Under the pieces are notes generated by a model. That model was not told where the DNA came from. It made no database searches and was given only the letters and a program-made list of their open reading frames with translations. Shown here piece by piece: positions 50,293 to 60,004 of a stretch of 64,000 nucleotides of DNA (position 1 is the first letter of the stretch; each line of letters begins with the position of its first letter). Origin of the DNA: Sulfurimonas sp. SAG-AH-194-L11 (GTDB lineage Bacteria; Campylobacterota; Campylobacteria; Campylobacterales; Sulfurimonadaceae); contig JAEMVB010000005.1 in assembly GCA_029215995.1 (NCBI GenBank), forward strand, positions 31,393 to 95,392, written 5' to 3'. Made by a program: the position numbers and the translations under genes.

Positions 50293-51894
50293 TTAAAGCT
50301 CTTCTTCTCTCTCCATTCTATCCTTAGCATCGATTCCCATTAAAGATAATCCAGTTTTAATGCTTAAAGCTACTACTAAAAGAAGTTTCAGTAGTTTTGC
50401 TTCATCAGGAGTACCTATCATTCTAACATCGTAGTAGAACTTATGTAGAGATGCTGCTAATGATTTTAAATAATCAGGAAGCTTTTGCACTTGTCTAGAG
50501 TTAAATGCATCTTCAACAACTTCAGGAAGTAAAAGTGCATCAAACAGAAGTGTATCTGCACTCTCTCCTAAATTTTTCAAGCTCGCACTGTTTATATCTT
50601 CACGAGATACAGTCGCTTTACTAAGAAGTGTCTGTATACGAGCATGCGCATACTGAATATAGAAGATAGGGTTTGAGCTATCTTGCTTTTTAAACTCTGC
50701 AAGGTCAAACTCTAAGGCAGTATCTGACTTCTTAGAAGCAAATATAAATCTAAGTGCATCGCTTCCTATCTCGTCTACAATATCACTCATAAGTATAACA
50801 TTACCAGCGCGTTTACTCATCTTATATGGTTCGCCATCTTTGAGTAGACTTACCATCTGTGCTAAAAGAACCTCGAGTTTACTCGAATCATAGCCTAAGA
50901 AGTCTATAGCTGCGTTTACACGAGGGATGTAGCCATGATGATCTGCTCCCCAGATGTTTATGTACTGATCGTAACCGCGTTCAAACTTCTGGTTATGGTA
51001 AACGATGTCACCAGCTAAGTAGGTAGGTCGACCATCATCACGAACAACAACTCTGTCGTGATCATCGCCTTTAGACTCTGACTTTATCCAAAGTTTACCC
51101 TCTTTCTCATAGACATTATCACCCATCTTTTTCATAACTCTGTCCCAGTCTGCATAAAGACCTGACTCATTTACAAAAGTATCAAAGTGGATATTTGTCG
51201 CAGCTAAAGAATCAATAACGATATCCATAACTCTATCTTTAGCCCACATAGCAAGCTCTTTTTGGCGAGACTCATCATTTAAAATTTCAATGCCAAAATG
51301 TTCTTGTGCACCACGAGCTAAAGATTCTAAATACTCACCTCTATAGTAAGACTCAGGGAACTCTACATTTTCTTCTTTTAAGATGTTCTCACGAGCATAG
51401 AGTTGAATTGAGAGACCAAGAAGATCTATCTGATTTCCCGCATCATTTACATAATACTCAGCAGTAATATCATAACCTAAATGCTTTGCTAAACGGTAAA
51501 GAGTATCACCATAAACAGCACCACGAGCATGACCTATGTGAAGTGGTCCAGTAGGATTAGCAGAGACAAATTCTAAAAGTATTTTTTGATTTTTTTCTTG
51601 CTTAGCAAAGTCAGATGGGTTATCTAATGCCCATGAAGCATACTCAGCTAAAAAGCTTTCACTTAAACGAAAATTTAAGTAACCTTTTACTGATTCTACA
51701 CTTGAAAACTCTTCATACTCACCAAAAGATGAGGCAATTTCTTCAGCAATAAGCATAGGAGATTTACGAAGTTCTTTAGCAAGTGAAAATGCGATAGGAG
51801 TAGCAAAGTGACCAAAAGAACGGTCACGTGGTTTTTCTAAAACAACCTCACGACCTAGCTTTTCGCGCAATAGCGCCGATACACGTTGTTTCAA
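50293..51894 (-). CDS. argS: Arginine-tRNA ligase
   Basis: SANPTGPLHIGH, WGADH, KMSKR. Confidence 0.97.
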   Translation of the reverse strand: MKQRVSALLREKLGREVVLEKPRDRSFGHFATPIAFSLAKELRKSPMLIAEEIASSFGEYEEFSSVESVKGYLNFRLSESFLAEYASWALDNPSDFAKQEKNQKILLEFVSANPTGPLHIGHARGAVYGDTLYRLAKHLGYDITAEYYVNDAGNQIDLLGLSIQLYARENILKEENVEFPESYYRGEYLESLARGAQEHFGIEILNDESRQKELAMWAKDRVMDIVIDSLAATNIHFDTFVNESGLYADWDRVMKKMGDNVYEKEGKLWIKSESKGDDHDRVVVRDDGRPTYLAGDIVYHNQKFERGYDQYINIWGADHHGYIPRVNAAIDFLGYDSSKLEVLLAQMVSLLKDGEPYKMSKRAGNVILMSDIVDEIGSDALRFIFASKKSDTALEFDLAEFKKQDSSNPIFYIQYAHARIQTLLSKATVSREDINSASLKNLGESADTLLFDALLLPEVVEDAFNSRQVQKLPDYLKSLAASLHKFYYDVRMIGTPDEAKLLKLLLVVALSIKTGLSLMGIDAKDRMEREEEL

Positions 51895-51898
51895 AGGA

Positions 51899-52129
51899 TT
51901 ATACTTCTGTTTTTGTTTTTGGAGCTTGTGTAGAAGATGCTACTTCTTCGCTTCCTTCAACTTTTTTTGGTGCTTCTTCAGCAACTTCATCTACTTCTTT
52001 CATTTCTGACTTGAAGTTTTTGATACCTTTACCAAGACCTTTAGCTAAGTCAGGAATTTTTTTCGCTCCAAACAATAAAACGATGATTCCAAATATGATT
52101 ACTAATTCAGTTGTACCAGGCATTCCCAT
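51899..52129 (-). CDS. tatA: Twin-arginine translocase TatA
   Basis: [18 protein letters not shown]. Confidence 0.95.
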   Translation of the reverse strand: MGMPGTTELVIIFGIIVLLFGAKKIPDLAKGLGKGIKNFKSEMKEVDEVAEEAPKKVEGSEEVASSTQAPKTKTEV

Positions 52130-52181
52130 ATATCTTTCCTTTTTTAAAATTAATTTTGAGATTATAACTCAACTAGACTGT

Positions 52182-52808
52182 TTATTCTCTTATGTCTTCC
52201 CATCTTTGCACAAATTCATTTATCTTATCATGTGGAATTTTTAGTCTCGCAGTTAAAGCTATCTGTTTTAAAACTTTTGCTGCTACATCTAAGTCATCAT
52301 TAATCACAATAAAATCATACTCAGAAGTTCTTTGTATCTCACGACGTGCTACTTCAATACGCCCATCTATTATCTCTTGTGAGTCAGTTGAGCGTTTCTC
52401 TAAACGGCGTTTGAGTTCAGAGAGTGTTGGTGGTGTTATAAAAACAGATGTCGTAATATCTCCAAGTCTATTTTTAACAGCCATATTTCCTTGAACATCG
52501 ATATCAAAAATAACAAGTTTACCCTCTGCTAAAGCTTTACGAACAGGACGAAGAGAGGTTCCATAGTAGTTTCCATGTACAGTTGCATACTCTAAAAAGT
52601 TATCTGCTTCTATATCTTTTAAAAACTCTTCTTTACTTACAAAATGGTAGTCAACACCCTCTTCTTCCCCTTTTCTCATAGGACGAGTTGTAGTAGATAA
52701 AGAAAAATAATAATCACCTATAGAATCTGAGATTTTGTTTATCAGAGAACTCTTTCCTGCACCACTTGGCCCTGAAAGCACAAGTACAACTCCATTATGT
52801 TCTATCAC
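52182..52808 (-). CDS. gmk: Guanylate kinase
   Basis: GPSGAGKS, TTRPMR.GE..G.DY.F, YYGT. Confidence 0.97.
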   Translation of the reverse strand: MIEHNGVVLVLSGPSGAGKSSLINKISDSIGDYYFSLSTTTRPMRKGEEEGVDYHFVSKEEFLKDIEADNFLEYATVHGNYYGTSLRPVRKALAEGKLVIFDIDVQGNMAVKNRLGDITTSVFITPPTLSELKRRLEKRSTDSQEIIDGRIEVARREIQRTSEYDFIVINDDLDVAAKVLKQIALTARLKIPHDKINEFVQRWEDIRE

Positions 52809-54085
52809 TAACTATCTCCTAAGGTAATGTTTATACTGATTTTCATACCTTTAAGTGATGCAGCTACATTCTTATCACTTAGGGCTGAGAGAAGATTCTT
52901 TAGTGCTTCAAGCCCACTATTTTCTTCAACTTCACTCTCTTCTTTTGGGGAAGTCTCTTCTTTTATAGAGAGCTCCTCTAAGGGTTCTTCATCACTATTT
53001 CCAATCTCTTCAAGTTCCTCTTCTTCAACTATCTCTCCAACAGCAAGTTTCATATCTTTACTAGTTAAAGAGTCTAAGTCTCCTGAAACTATATCTAAAA
53101 GAGTTCCCTCGTCTATCTCACTCTCTAAATCTTCCTCACTTAAATCTTCTACAGCATTTTCAATTTGTGAAGCGATATCACTCTCTACTTCAGCTTCAGG
53201 TTCTTCATTAAGTTCAAGTTCTTCTTCTTCAAGTTCAAGTTCTTCATCTTCTTCAAGTTCAAGTGATTCATCAAGATCTTCGAGTTCAAGTGATTCTTCA
53301 ATTTTAGACTCTTCTTCAGCTTCTAACTCAACTTTAGCTTCTTCGTCTTCAACACCCGCATCAACTTCTGACTCTACTTCAAGTTCCAACTCTTCAAGTT
53401 CATCAAGCTCTTCTTCGGTATCTTCTTCGGTATTTTCCTCAAGATCAAGCTCTTCTAGTTCATCGAGTGTAAGGTCATCTTCAAGATTTGTATCTGTCTC
53501 TTGAAGTAAATCTTTCACTTTTTGTGCTTCATCATCGTCTAAAACACTCTCTCCACTATCTTCTTCTAAGTCATCGAGACTTAGCTCTTCGTCTAAATCT
53601 TCTAACTCTTCTAACTCATCAAGCTCGCCCAAGTCACCTAGCTCTTCAATCTCATCTAATTCCTCTAGCTCATCTAAACCTTCTAGTTCACTCTCTTGTG
53701 AGTTAGTTAAATCTTCTACTTCTGCTACATCTTCTTTTTCATCTAATATACTTAAATCAATCTCATTAGCCTCTTTACTAAAGAGAGAAAATAGCTCTAC
53801 TAAGTCTGTAGGTAAAAATGGTTTTTTGAGTGTTTTTGTAAAAGTACTTACTTCCTCAGCATTACGTGAACATATATAAAGAGATTGTGAGTACTGAACT
53901 TTTGCATTAAGTTCCATATATAACTCATCACTATAGAGTGTATCATCTATTACAATTAAATCGTATGTAGTAGATTCTAAGTTTTCCAAAGAGTCAACTA
54001 CTTCAAGATTATCCGAAGTTTTTTGAGCACTGAGTGTAACAAGTTTATTAACAACAGGATTGTCATTTATTAGTAAAATATTCAC
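52808..54085 (-). CDS. Highly acidic protein with N-terminal REC-like domain
   Basis: REC-like N-terminus (KPFLP), very long Glu/Asp/Leu region; position between fliR and gmk matches the highly acidic protein of Campylobacter. Confidence 0.85.
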   Translation of the reverse strand: MNILLINDNPVVNKLVTLSAQKTSDNLEVVDSLENLESTTYDLIVIDDTLYSDELYMELNAKVQYSQSLYICSRNAEEVSTFTKTLKKPFLPTDLVELFSLFSKEANEIDLSILDEKEDVAEVEDLTNSQESELEGLDELEELDEIEELGDLGELDELEELEDLDEELSLDDLEEDSGESVLDDDEAQKVKDLLQETDTNLEDDLTLDELEELDLEENTEEDTEEELDELEELELEVESEVDAGVEDEEAKVELEAEEESKIEESLELEDLDESLELEEDEELELEEEELELNEEPEAEVESDIASQIENAVEDLSEEDLESEIDEGTLLDIVSGDLDSLTSKDMKLAVGEIVEEEELEEIGNSDEEPLEELSIKEETSPKEESEVEENSGLEALKNLLSALSDKNVAASLKGMKISINITLGDS

Positions 54086-54139
54086 GAATATTCCTTGAGG
54101 GGTAGTATATTATATTGTTATTATTGTATCTAAATAAAA

Positions 54140-54904
54140 CTAAAAAAACATTGCCAGAGCATTAAATGCATCTAGCATCTGTGTTTTTACTATCAACATT
54201 GTCGAAGTAAAGGTTGCTATTATAACAACAAATGCCACCATGATTTTTATTGGAAAACCAATAACTAAAAGGTTAAACTGTGGCATAGTTTTCATTAACA
54301 TTCCAAAGATAACATCTGCTAACCATGACAAGGCCACAATCGGAAATGCTATCATAAAGCCAACAAGAAACATATTTGAAGCAGCATGGATTATATAATC
54401 AAACAGATTTTTTTGCATGATGAACCCACCTAAGGGTATCGTTTTTAAGGAGCTATCTACAAAAAGAAGCACCCAGTGATGTAAGTTTAAGGAGAGTAGT
54501 ACCATAAGTGCCATCAATGATAAAAACTGAGATATAATTGGCATAGAGACACCTGACTGAGGGTCAATTGCACTTGCCATTGAAAAACCCATCATAAAAG
54601 AGATAATTCCCCCTGCAAATGTTATCACATGGTAAGCAAGTAAAAGTACTATACCCACAACTAAACCAAGCATAAACTCACTCAAAACTGCAAGAACTAT
54701 AGTCGGAAGTGTTATGGAAATCTCTAGTGGAGGCATCGATGGATAAAATACAATAGTAAAAAAAAGTGCCATCGCCGCTTTTATCTGCATAGGAATGTTT
54801 TTATGAGAAAATATTGGCACAGCAACAAAAAGTGCTGCAAAACGAAAAAAAAGGAGCATAAAGCCTACGACATTTGCCTCTTCAAATATTTTCAAGAACT
54901 CCAT
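54140..54904 (-). CDS. fliR: Flagellar export protein FliR
   Basis: AG......GF.MA...DP, P..N...GFP.KI. Confidence 0.93.
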   Translation of the reverse strand: MEFLKIFEEANVVGFMLLFFRFAALFVAVPIFSHKNIPMQIKAAMALFFTIVFYPSMPPLEISITLPTIVLAVLSEFMLGLVVGIVLLLAYHVITFAGGIISFMMGFSMASAIDPQSGVSMPIISQFLSLMALMVLLSLNLHHWVLLFVDSSLKTIPLGGFIMQKNLFDYIIHAASNMFLVGFMIAFPIVALSWLADVIFGMLMKTMPQFNLLVIGFPIKIMVAFVVIIATFTSTMLIVKTQMLDAFNALAMFF

Positions 54905-54912
54905 AATTGCTA

Positions 54913-55557
54913 CTACTTAATTTGGTGGAGTATTTTATCTTTAAGTTGAAATACTTTATCACATTGATGTGCTAAGTCATTATCATGTGTAACAAGTATC
55001 ATTCCAGCATTATTACTTTTACAGTAGTCAAAAAAGAGCCCCATCACTTCATCAGCTGTTTTTTTATCTAAGTTACCCGTTGGCTCATCTGCAAAGATTA
55101 TACGAGGTTTTTTTGTTAGCACTCTTGCTATAGAGACACGCTGTTGCTGTCCACCTGAGAGTTGTGTAACTTTTTGATGGATAGGCTCTTTTATGTGCAA
55201 AGCTTCAAGCAGACTATCCTCTATTTTTTCACCAGAGAGTAACTCTGATACTTCTAAGTTTTCGTAAGCACTAAAGCCATTAAAAAGATAGTGTGACTGA
55301 AAAATGAGACCTAAATCATGGCGTTTAATCAAAGAGAGTCTTTTTTTACTCATACTCTGTATAGCATCACCAAAAAGTAAGACAGTGCCTTTTTGAGGTA
55401 CTAAAAGTGTTGAGAGTATATGTAAGAGTGTAGACTTTCCACTCCCACTCATACCTATAATTGCTATGCTCTCTTGAGCATTTAACTCTAGGGTAACATC
55501 CCTAAAAAGTTCATACTCAAAACTATGAGCTAAATTTGTTGCGCTTAGTAAATTCAT
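54913..55557 (-). CDS. ABC transporter ATP-binding protein (LolD-like)
   Basis: [31 protein letters not shown]. Confidence 0.92.
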   Translation of the reverse strand: MNLLSATNLAHSFEYELFRDVTLELNAQESIAIIGMSGSGKSTLLHILSTLLVPQKGTVLLFGDAIQSMSKKRLSLIKRHDLGLIFQSHYLFNGFSAYENLEVSELLSGEKIEDSLLEALHIKEPIHQKVTQLSGGQQQRVSIARVLTKKPRIIFADEPTGNLDKKTADEVMGLFFDYCKSNNAGMILVTHDNDLAHQCDKVFQLKDKILHQIK

Positions 55558-55594
55558 AAAGAGATTATAGCTAAGCTTTTATAAGAGTAAAGAA

Positions 55595-55750
55595 CTACTC
55601 TTTTAATTTTCCCTCAGCATAGAGTGCTTCTAGTTCTTCTAAACGCTCCATCTTTGTATAATGTTGCAAATTTAAAGTCACAAACTTAATACTAAGCAGT
55701 ATTACTATTGGCCATAGACCGTACCATATCATCCCTGTTATATACTCCAT
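55595..55750 (-). CDS. Small single-TM protein downstream of cydB, candidate cytochrome bd small subunit (absent from ORF track)
   Basis: 51 aa MEYITGMIWYGLWPIVILLSIKFVTLNLQHYTKMERLEELEALYAEGKLKE; AGGAG SD overlapping cydB stop. Confidence 0.75.
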   Translation of the reverse strand: MEYITGMIWYGLWPIVILLSIKFVTLNLQHYTKMERLEELEALYAEGKLKE

Positions 55751-55758
55751 AAAAACTC

Positions 55759-56883
55759 CTAGTAGTGATGTGAATCAGATTGAATTTCATCTATCGTTAA
55801 TTTTGTTTTATCCATAGAACGCCATACGGCAAAAATATACCCTAAGACTATAGGAACAAGCAAAGAGACTATAGCCATAACACTAAGTGTATAGTAACTT
55901 CCTGAACTATTTTGTATAGTCAAAGAGCTCTGCATATCAGAGAGTGAAGGATAAAAGACAGACTGGTGTATGCCTAATATAAAAAGCAATATTGTGACTG
56001 TAATAACCGTACCACTTCCAGTAAAAAATATAGCCTTTTGTGACTCTTTAAAGAGTGCAATATAAACGCCATATACAAGTAGTACTATACCTACAATCAG
56101 ACTCAAGAGTAACAATGGTAACTCTAAAAATATATGTAAAAACTTCATAGAGGCTATAGACACTTGCCCACTCTTGGCATCATATACATACCCATCTTGA
56201 AATAAAATAGTTACTAATATATATATGAAAAGAGCTAAAAAGATTAAAAAGTTACTGCTGACAACTGCCTTAACTCTTTGTGTAATTTCTAAAGCATCTA
56301 ATGAGTTTAAAAAATAGAGTGCTCCTTGAACTCTTGCAAGAAAAACAAGCATGAGGCCAAAGGCAATATTAAATGGATTTAGGAGTGCTTCAAGTCCTCC
56401 ATAGTTTGTCGTCCATTTTGAAAGATTCATATCATTTACACTAAAGTTAGCACCACTAAAGAGTGTGCCAAGAGCAACACCGATTAGGAAGATTCCTAGT
56501 GAACCATTTATATATAAAAGTATCTCATAAAAACGTTCACCATATACATTGTCAGGTTTTTTTCTATACTCATAAGAGACTGCTTGAATGATAAAACAAA
56601 AAAGTATCGCCATCCAAACAAAATAGGCACCTCCAAAACTTACAGCATAAAAAAGAGGAAAGGCTGCAAATAGGGCACCACCAAACATAACTAAGCCTGT
56701 AAAAGTAAGCTCCCACTTTCGTCCTAAAGAGTTTACAAGTAAGTCTCTCTCTACATCAGACTTTGCTAATGTATAAAGAAGTGTTTGTCCTCCCTGCACA
56801 AAAGTCATAAACACAAAGAGTGCACCAATAATACTAACAAGTAACCACCAGTAAATCTGTAAATCTAGTAATGTAATATCCAT
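55759..56883 (-). CDS. cydB: Cytochrome bd ubiquinol oxidase subunit II
   Basis: LQIYWW, GRKWE.TF, AAFPLFY, EYR.K; start set to ATG 56883. Confidence 0.93.
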   Translation of the reverse strand: MDITLLDLQIYWWLLVSIIGALFVFMTFVQGGQTLLYTLAKSDVERDLLVNSLGRKWELTFTGLVMFGGALFAAFPLFYAVSFGGAYFVWMAILFCFIIQAVSYEYRKKPDNVYGERFYEILLYINGSLGIFLIGVALGTLFSGANFSVNDMNLSKWTTNYGGLEALLNPFNIAFGLMLVFLARVQGALYFLNSLDALEITQRVKAVVSSNFLIFLALFIYILVTILFQDGYVYDAKSGQVSIASMKFLHIFLELPLLLLSLIVGIVLLVYGVYIALFKESQKAIFFTGSGTVITVTILLFILGIHQSVFYPSLSDMQSSLTIQNSSGSYYTLSVMAIVSLLVPIVLGYIFAVWRSMDKTKLTIDEIQSDSHHY

Positions 56884-56884
56884 C

Positions 56885-58414
56885 TTAATGCCCCTCTGGT
56901 CCAATTTTTATCTGTTTGAGCATGATTTTAATCTCAGCAATAAGTAATCCCGTAAAAAGAACTGCAAATAACCAAAATGTTATCATCACACTTGAGGCTG
57001 CAATATTTGAAGCGGCCATACCTACTGGGAGAAAGTCTTGTATAGCCCACGGCTGTCTTCCAACCTCTGCCACAATCCAACCTGACTCTTGTGCTACATA
57101 TCCTAAGGGTAGAGAAAAAAGAGAAGCATACAAAAGCCACTTTTTATTATGCATCTCATTAGTCATCGCATAATAGAGTGTCAAAATAAATAGTAGTAAA
57201 AAGAGTGTGCCTAACCCAACCATAGTATGAAAACTGTAAAAGACTAAAGCAACAGGAGGAACAGCATCTCTTGGATCTTTCAAGTAACCGTACCCCATGA
57301 AGTGTTGATACTTCTCAAAGTTTTTGAGGGCTTCTTGTGCTTTTTGCGTCATACCCTCTTTTTTATACTTTTTATAATCTTTTAGCGCTTGTATAGCCAT
57401 TTTTCCTTGATTCATTTTCTCCTGTGTCGAGATAAGATTAAACTTTTCATTTCCATATACTAAGTCATTTATCCCCGGTACAAAAGCATTTAAATCATGA
57501 TAGCCTAAAAAAGAGAGTGCCCCTGGAATTTGAAAACTAAAATAGAACTCATCAAGTGCGTCACCTATCTCTTTTTTCTCATTTAAAACACCAAAGGCTA
57601 CTATTCCCGCTCTATGCTCTCCATCATAGAGTCCTTCCATGGCTGCGAGTTTCATCGGTTGGTTTTGTGCTACTTGGTGTGCAGACTCATCCCCTGTTGT
57701 TATAAGAAAAAGAGAGGCAGTAAGTCCAAAAGTAGCAGCAACGATAATACTTCTTCTAGCAAACTGAGTATCTCTTTTTTTCAGTAGGTACCAAGAGCTA
57801 ATAGCTATGACAAAGAGAGAGGCAAGGACATAACCACTACTAATAGTATGCAAAAACTTACTCACTGCATTTGGGTTAAAAAACACTTCCCAAAAGTTCT
57901 CCATCTCATTTCTAGCAGAGTCTGGATTAAAATGCATACCTACTGGGTGTTGCATCCATCCATTTGCTACTAGTATCCAGAGTGCTGAGAGATTTGAGCC
58001 TAATGCAACAAGCCAAGTTGAAGTAAGATGCATCTTTTTACTCACCTTATCCCAACCAAAAAACATCACTGCAAAAAATGTTGACTCCATAAAAAATGCC
58101 ATAAGACCCTCAATGGCAAGTGGTGCTCCAAATATATCTCCAACTATCCACGAGTAGTTTGACCAGTTAGTACCAAACTCAAACTCCATGATAATTCCAG
58201 TCGCTAGACCTATTGCAAAGTTAATCGCAAGGAGTCCCATCCAAAATTTAGTTGTCCGCTTCCAGGTTTCATCACCAGTTTTTACATACAGTGTTTCCAT
58301 AAAAGCCACAATAAATGTCAAACCTAAAGTAAGTGGTACAAAAAGCCAGTGGTATAAAGCCGTTAGTGCAAATTGAGCCCGTGACCAATCTACTAATAAA
58401 TCACTATGTTCCAT
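56885..58414 (-). CDS. cydA: Cytochrome bd ubiquinol oxidase subunit I
   Basis: R.QF..T..YH, EFGTNW, QPMKLAAMEG, GW...E.GRQPW. Confidence 0.97.
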   Translation of the reverse strand: MEHSDLLVDWSRAQFALTALYHWLFVPLTLGLTFIVAFMETLYVKTGDETWKRTTKFWMGLLAINFAIGLATGIIMEFEFGTNWSNYSWIVGDIFGAPLAIEGLMAFFMESTFFAVMFFGWDKVSKKMHLTSTWLVALGSNLSALWILVANGWMQHPVGMHFNPDSARNEMENFWEVFFNPNAVSKFLHTISSGYVLASLFVIAISSWYLLKKRDTQFARRSIIVAATFGLTASLFLITTGDESAHQVAQNQPMKLAAMEGLYDGEHRAGIVAFGVLNEKKEIGDALDEFYFSFQIPGALSFLGYHDLNAFVPGINDLVYGNEKFNLISTQEKMNQGKMAIQALKDYKKYKKEGMTQKAQEALKNFEKYQHFMGYGYLKDPRDAVPPVALVFYSFHTMVGLGTLFLLLFILTLYYAMTNEMHNKKWLLYASLFSLPLGYVAQESGWIVAEVGRQPWAIQDFLPVGMAASNIAASSVMITFWLFAVLFTGLLIAEIKIMLKQIKIGPEGH

Positions 58415-58415
58415 T

Positions 58416-58640
58416 TTAATCCTTTGTTAGTGTCTGTAAAATGTATAAAGATCTTGCTTCATCTGTTTGAAAATTTTCTTGCAGTATATTTGGAAAGAAG
58501 AGCCACTTTACTATGACAAACATCACAAATAATTTAATAAGTATCAGTAACCACAATGTTTTACCAACCCTCATCTCTTTGAAGCCATCATAATAAAGGT
58601 AGTAAATAAATTTTAATTTTGAAGCTATATTTTTATACAT
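58416..58640 (-). CDS. DUF4492-like membrane protein
   Basis: YYDGF..M..GKTLW..I.IKLF.MF...K..FFP upstream of cydA. Confidence 0.85.
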   Translation of the reverse strand: MYKNIASKLKFIYYLYYDGFKEMRVGKTLWLLILIKLFVMFVIVKWLFFPNILQENFQTDEARSLYILQTLTKD

Positions 58641-58688
58641 GACTGAATAGTAGTTCAGTTATGCTTAAATAGAAGTAAATAAATCTAT

Positions 58689-59903
58689 CTACTTTGATGT
58701 AAATATCTTTTTACATCCTCTGTAAGAGTGTCTATCTAGTCGTTTTGCATAGATTTTCTCAATTGCTTTTTTCATTAAGTATGCACAGTAACCATTAATG
58801 TAAATTCCAAAAACTTTTGCAGTTGCATACCTTCTACCTAAAGCAATCAAAATTCCTCGTGATTTTATATGATGAGGAGTTGGCGATTTTCCTACTTGAA
58901 TATCTTTAATATTTTGTGCACAAAGGACTCCCATCTGTTCTGCTATATCTGCTGTAGGTGCTACTATATTGTTCTTTTTATCCTTTAGTGTAGTACAATC
59001 TCCTATGGCAAAAACATTTTCATACTCTAATATTTGAAGAGTATCTCGAGTTTGTATATACCCTCGTTCATTCTTTTGTAAATTCAAGGCATACACTAAA
59101 CCATTTGGCTCTATTCCACCGGCAAATATCATAAAGTCCATAAAAAGTTTTTCACCACTACTAAGAGTCACACTATCTTTAGTTAATGCTGTAACTTTTT
59201 GTCTATTTTTAATCACAACTTCCAAATTTAGAAGTCTTTTTGTAGCTTTTTCTACTAACTTCTCATCCATACCTTTAAGGATATGCTCTGCTGCGTTTAT
59301 GAGTATGATGTTAAGTTTACGACATAAAAAGTTATTGTTTTTATAAAACTCTTTTGCAAAAGATGCCATCTGTGCGGCTATCTCTACACCACTAAGCCCT
59401 GCCCCTGCTATGACTATACTCAAAGGTGTACAAATCGTTCCACTCTCGTCTACTTTTTTAAAAAGCGACATCTCAAACTTTTGTTTAAAGTACATAGCAC
59501 GATGGAGTACTTTTATACCATAGGCATACTCTCGTAAGCCTACAACATTTGAAACAAATTTTGTACGAGCCCCCACTCCTATAACTAAGTAATCATAAGA
59601 GAGTCTATCTACCGTAGTAATAACTTTTTGTTTTTGAAAATCTATATCTTTTACTTCTTGTTTACAAAAAGTGACATTATTATTTGTAAATCCACTACAG
59701 TAGGTAAAAAGGTCAAGGGTGATTTGTGCGAAGTCTTCTTCATTTGCTATAAGATCATACACTTCAGTTTGCATATAATGATAGGGATTTTTATCTAAGA
59801 GTATAATTTCATTATCAGAATTTTTCGCTAAATTCTCTATGGCTTTGATACCTGCATACCCGCCACCGATAACAATAATTTTATGTTTAGAATTTTTCAG
59901 CAT
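58689..59903 (-). CDS. Type II NADH dehydrogenase-like flavoprotein
   Basis: GGGYAG, GAGLSGVE.A, VFAIGD. Confidence 0.85.
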   Translation of the reverse strand: MLKNSKHKIIVIGGGYAGIKAIENLAKNSDNEIILLDKNPYHYMQTEVYDLIANEEDFAQITLDLFTYCSGFTNNNVTFCKQEVKDIDFQKQKVITTVDRLSYDYLVIGVGARTKFVSNVVGLREYAYGIKVLHRAMYFKQKFEMSLFKKVDESGTICTPLSIVIAGAGLSGVEIAAQMASFAKEFYKNNNFLCRKLNIILINAAEHILKGMDEKLVEKATKRLLNLEVVIKNRQKVTALTKDSVTLSSGEKLFMDFMIFAGGIEPNGLVYALNLQKNERGYIQTRDTLQILEYENVFAIGDCTTLKDKKNNIVAPTADIAEQMGVLCAQNIKDIQVGKSPTPHHIKSRGILIALGRRYATAKVFGIYINGYCAYLMKKAIEKIYAKRLDRHSYRGCKKIFTSK

Positions 59904-59942
59904 GAAAGATTATAGCATTTTTGATAAAATTATGGCAAAAAA

Positions 59943-59972
59943 AAAGGCTTAGAACCGAAGTTCTAAGCCTTT
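59943..59972 (-). terminator. Intrinsic terminator after tsf
   Basis: AAAGGCTTAGAAC-CGAA-GTTCTAAGCCTTT with poly-U on the minus strand. Confidence 0.9.
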
Positions 59973-60004
59973 GAGTAAGAAAGAGTAAAATTAATTCCTA
60001 AGAA

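Noticed and set aside
52827-53504. 225-aa Ser-rich plus-strand ORF
   Set aside because: Antisense shadow of Glu/Asp codons of the acidic protein
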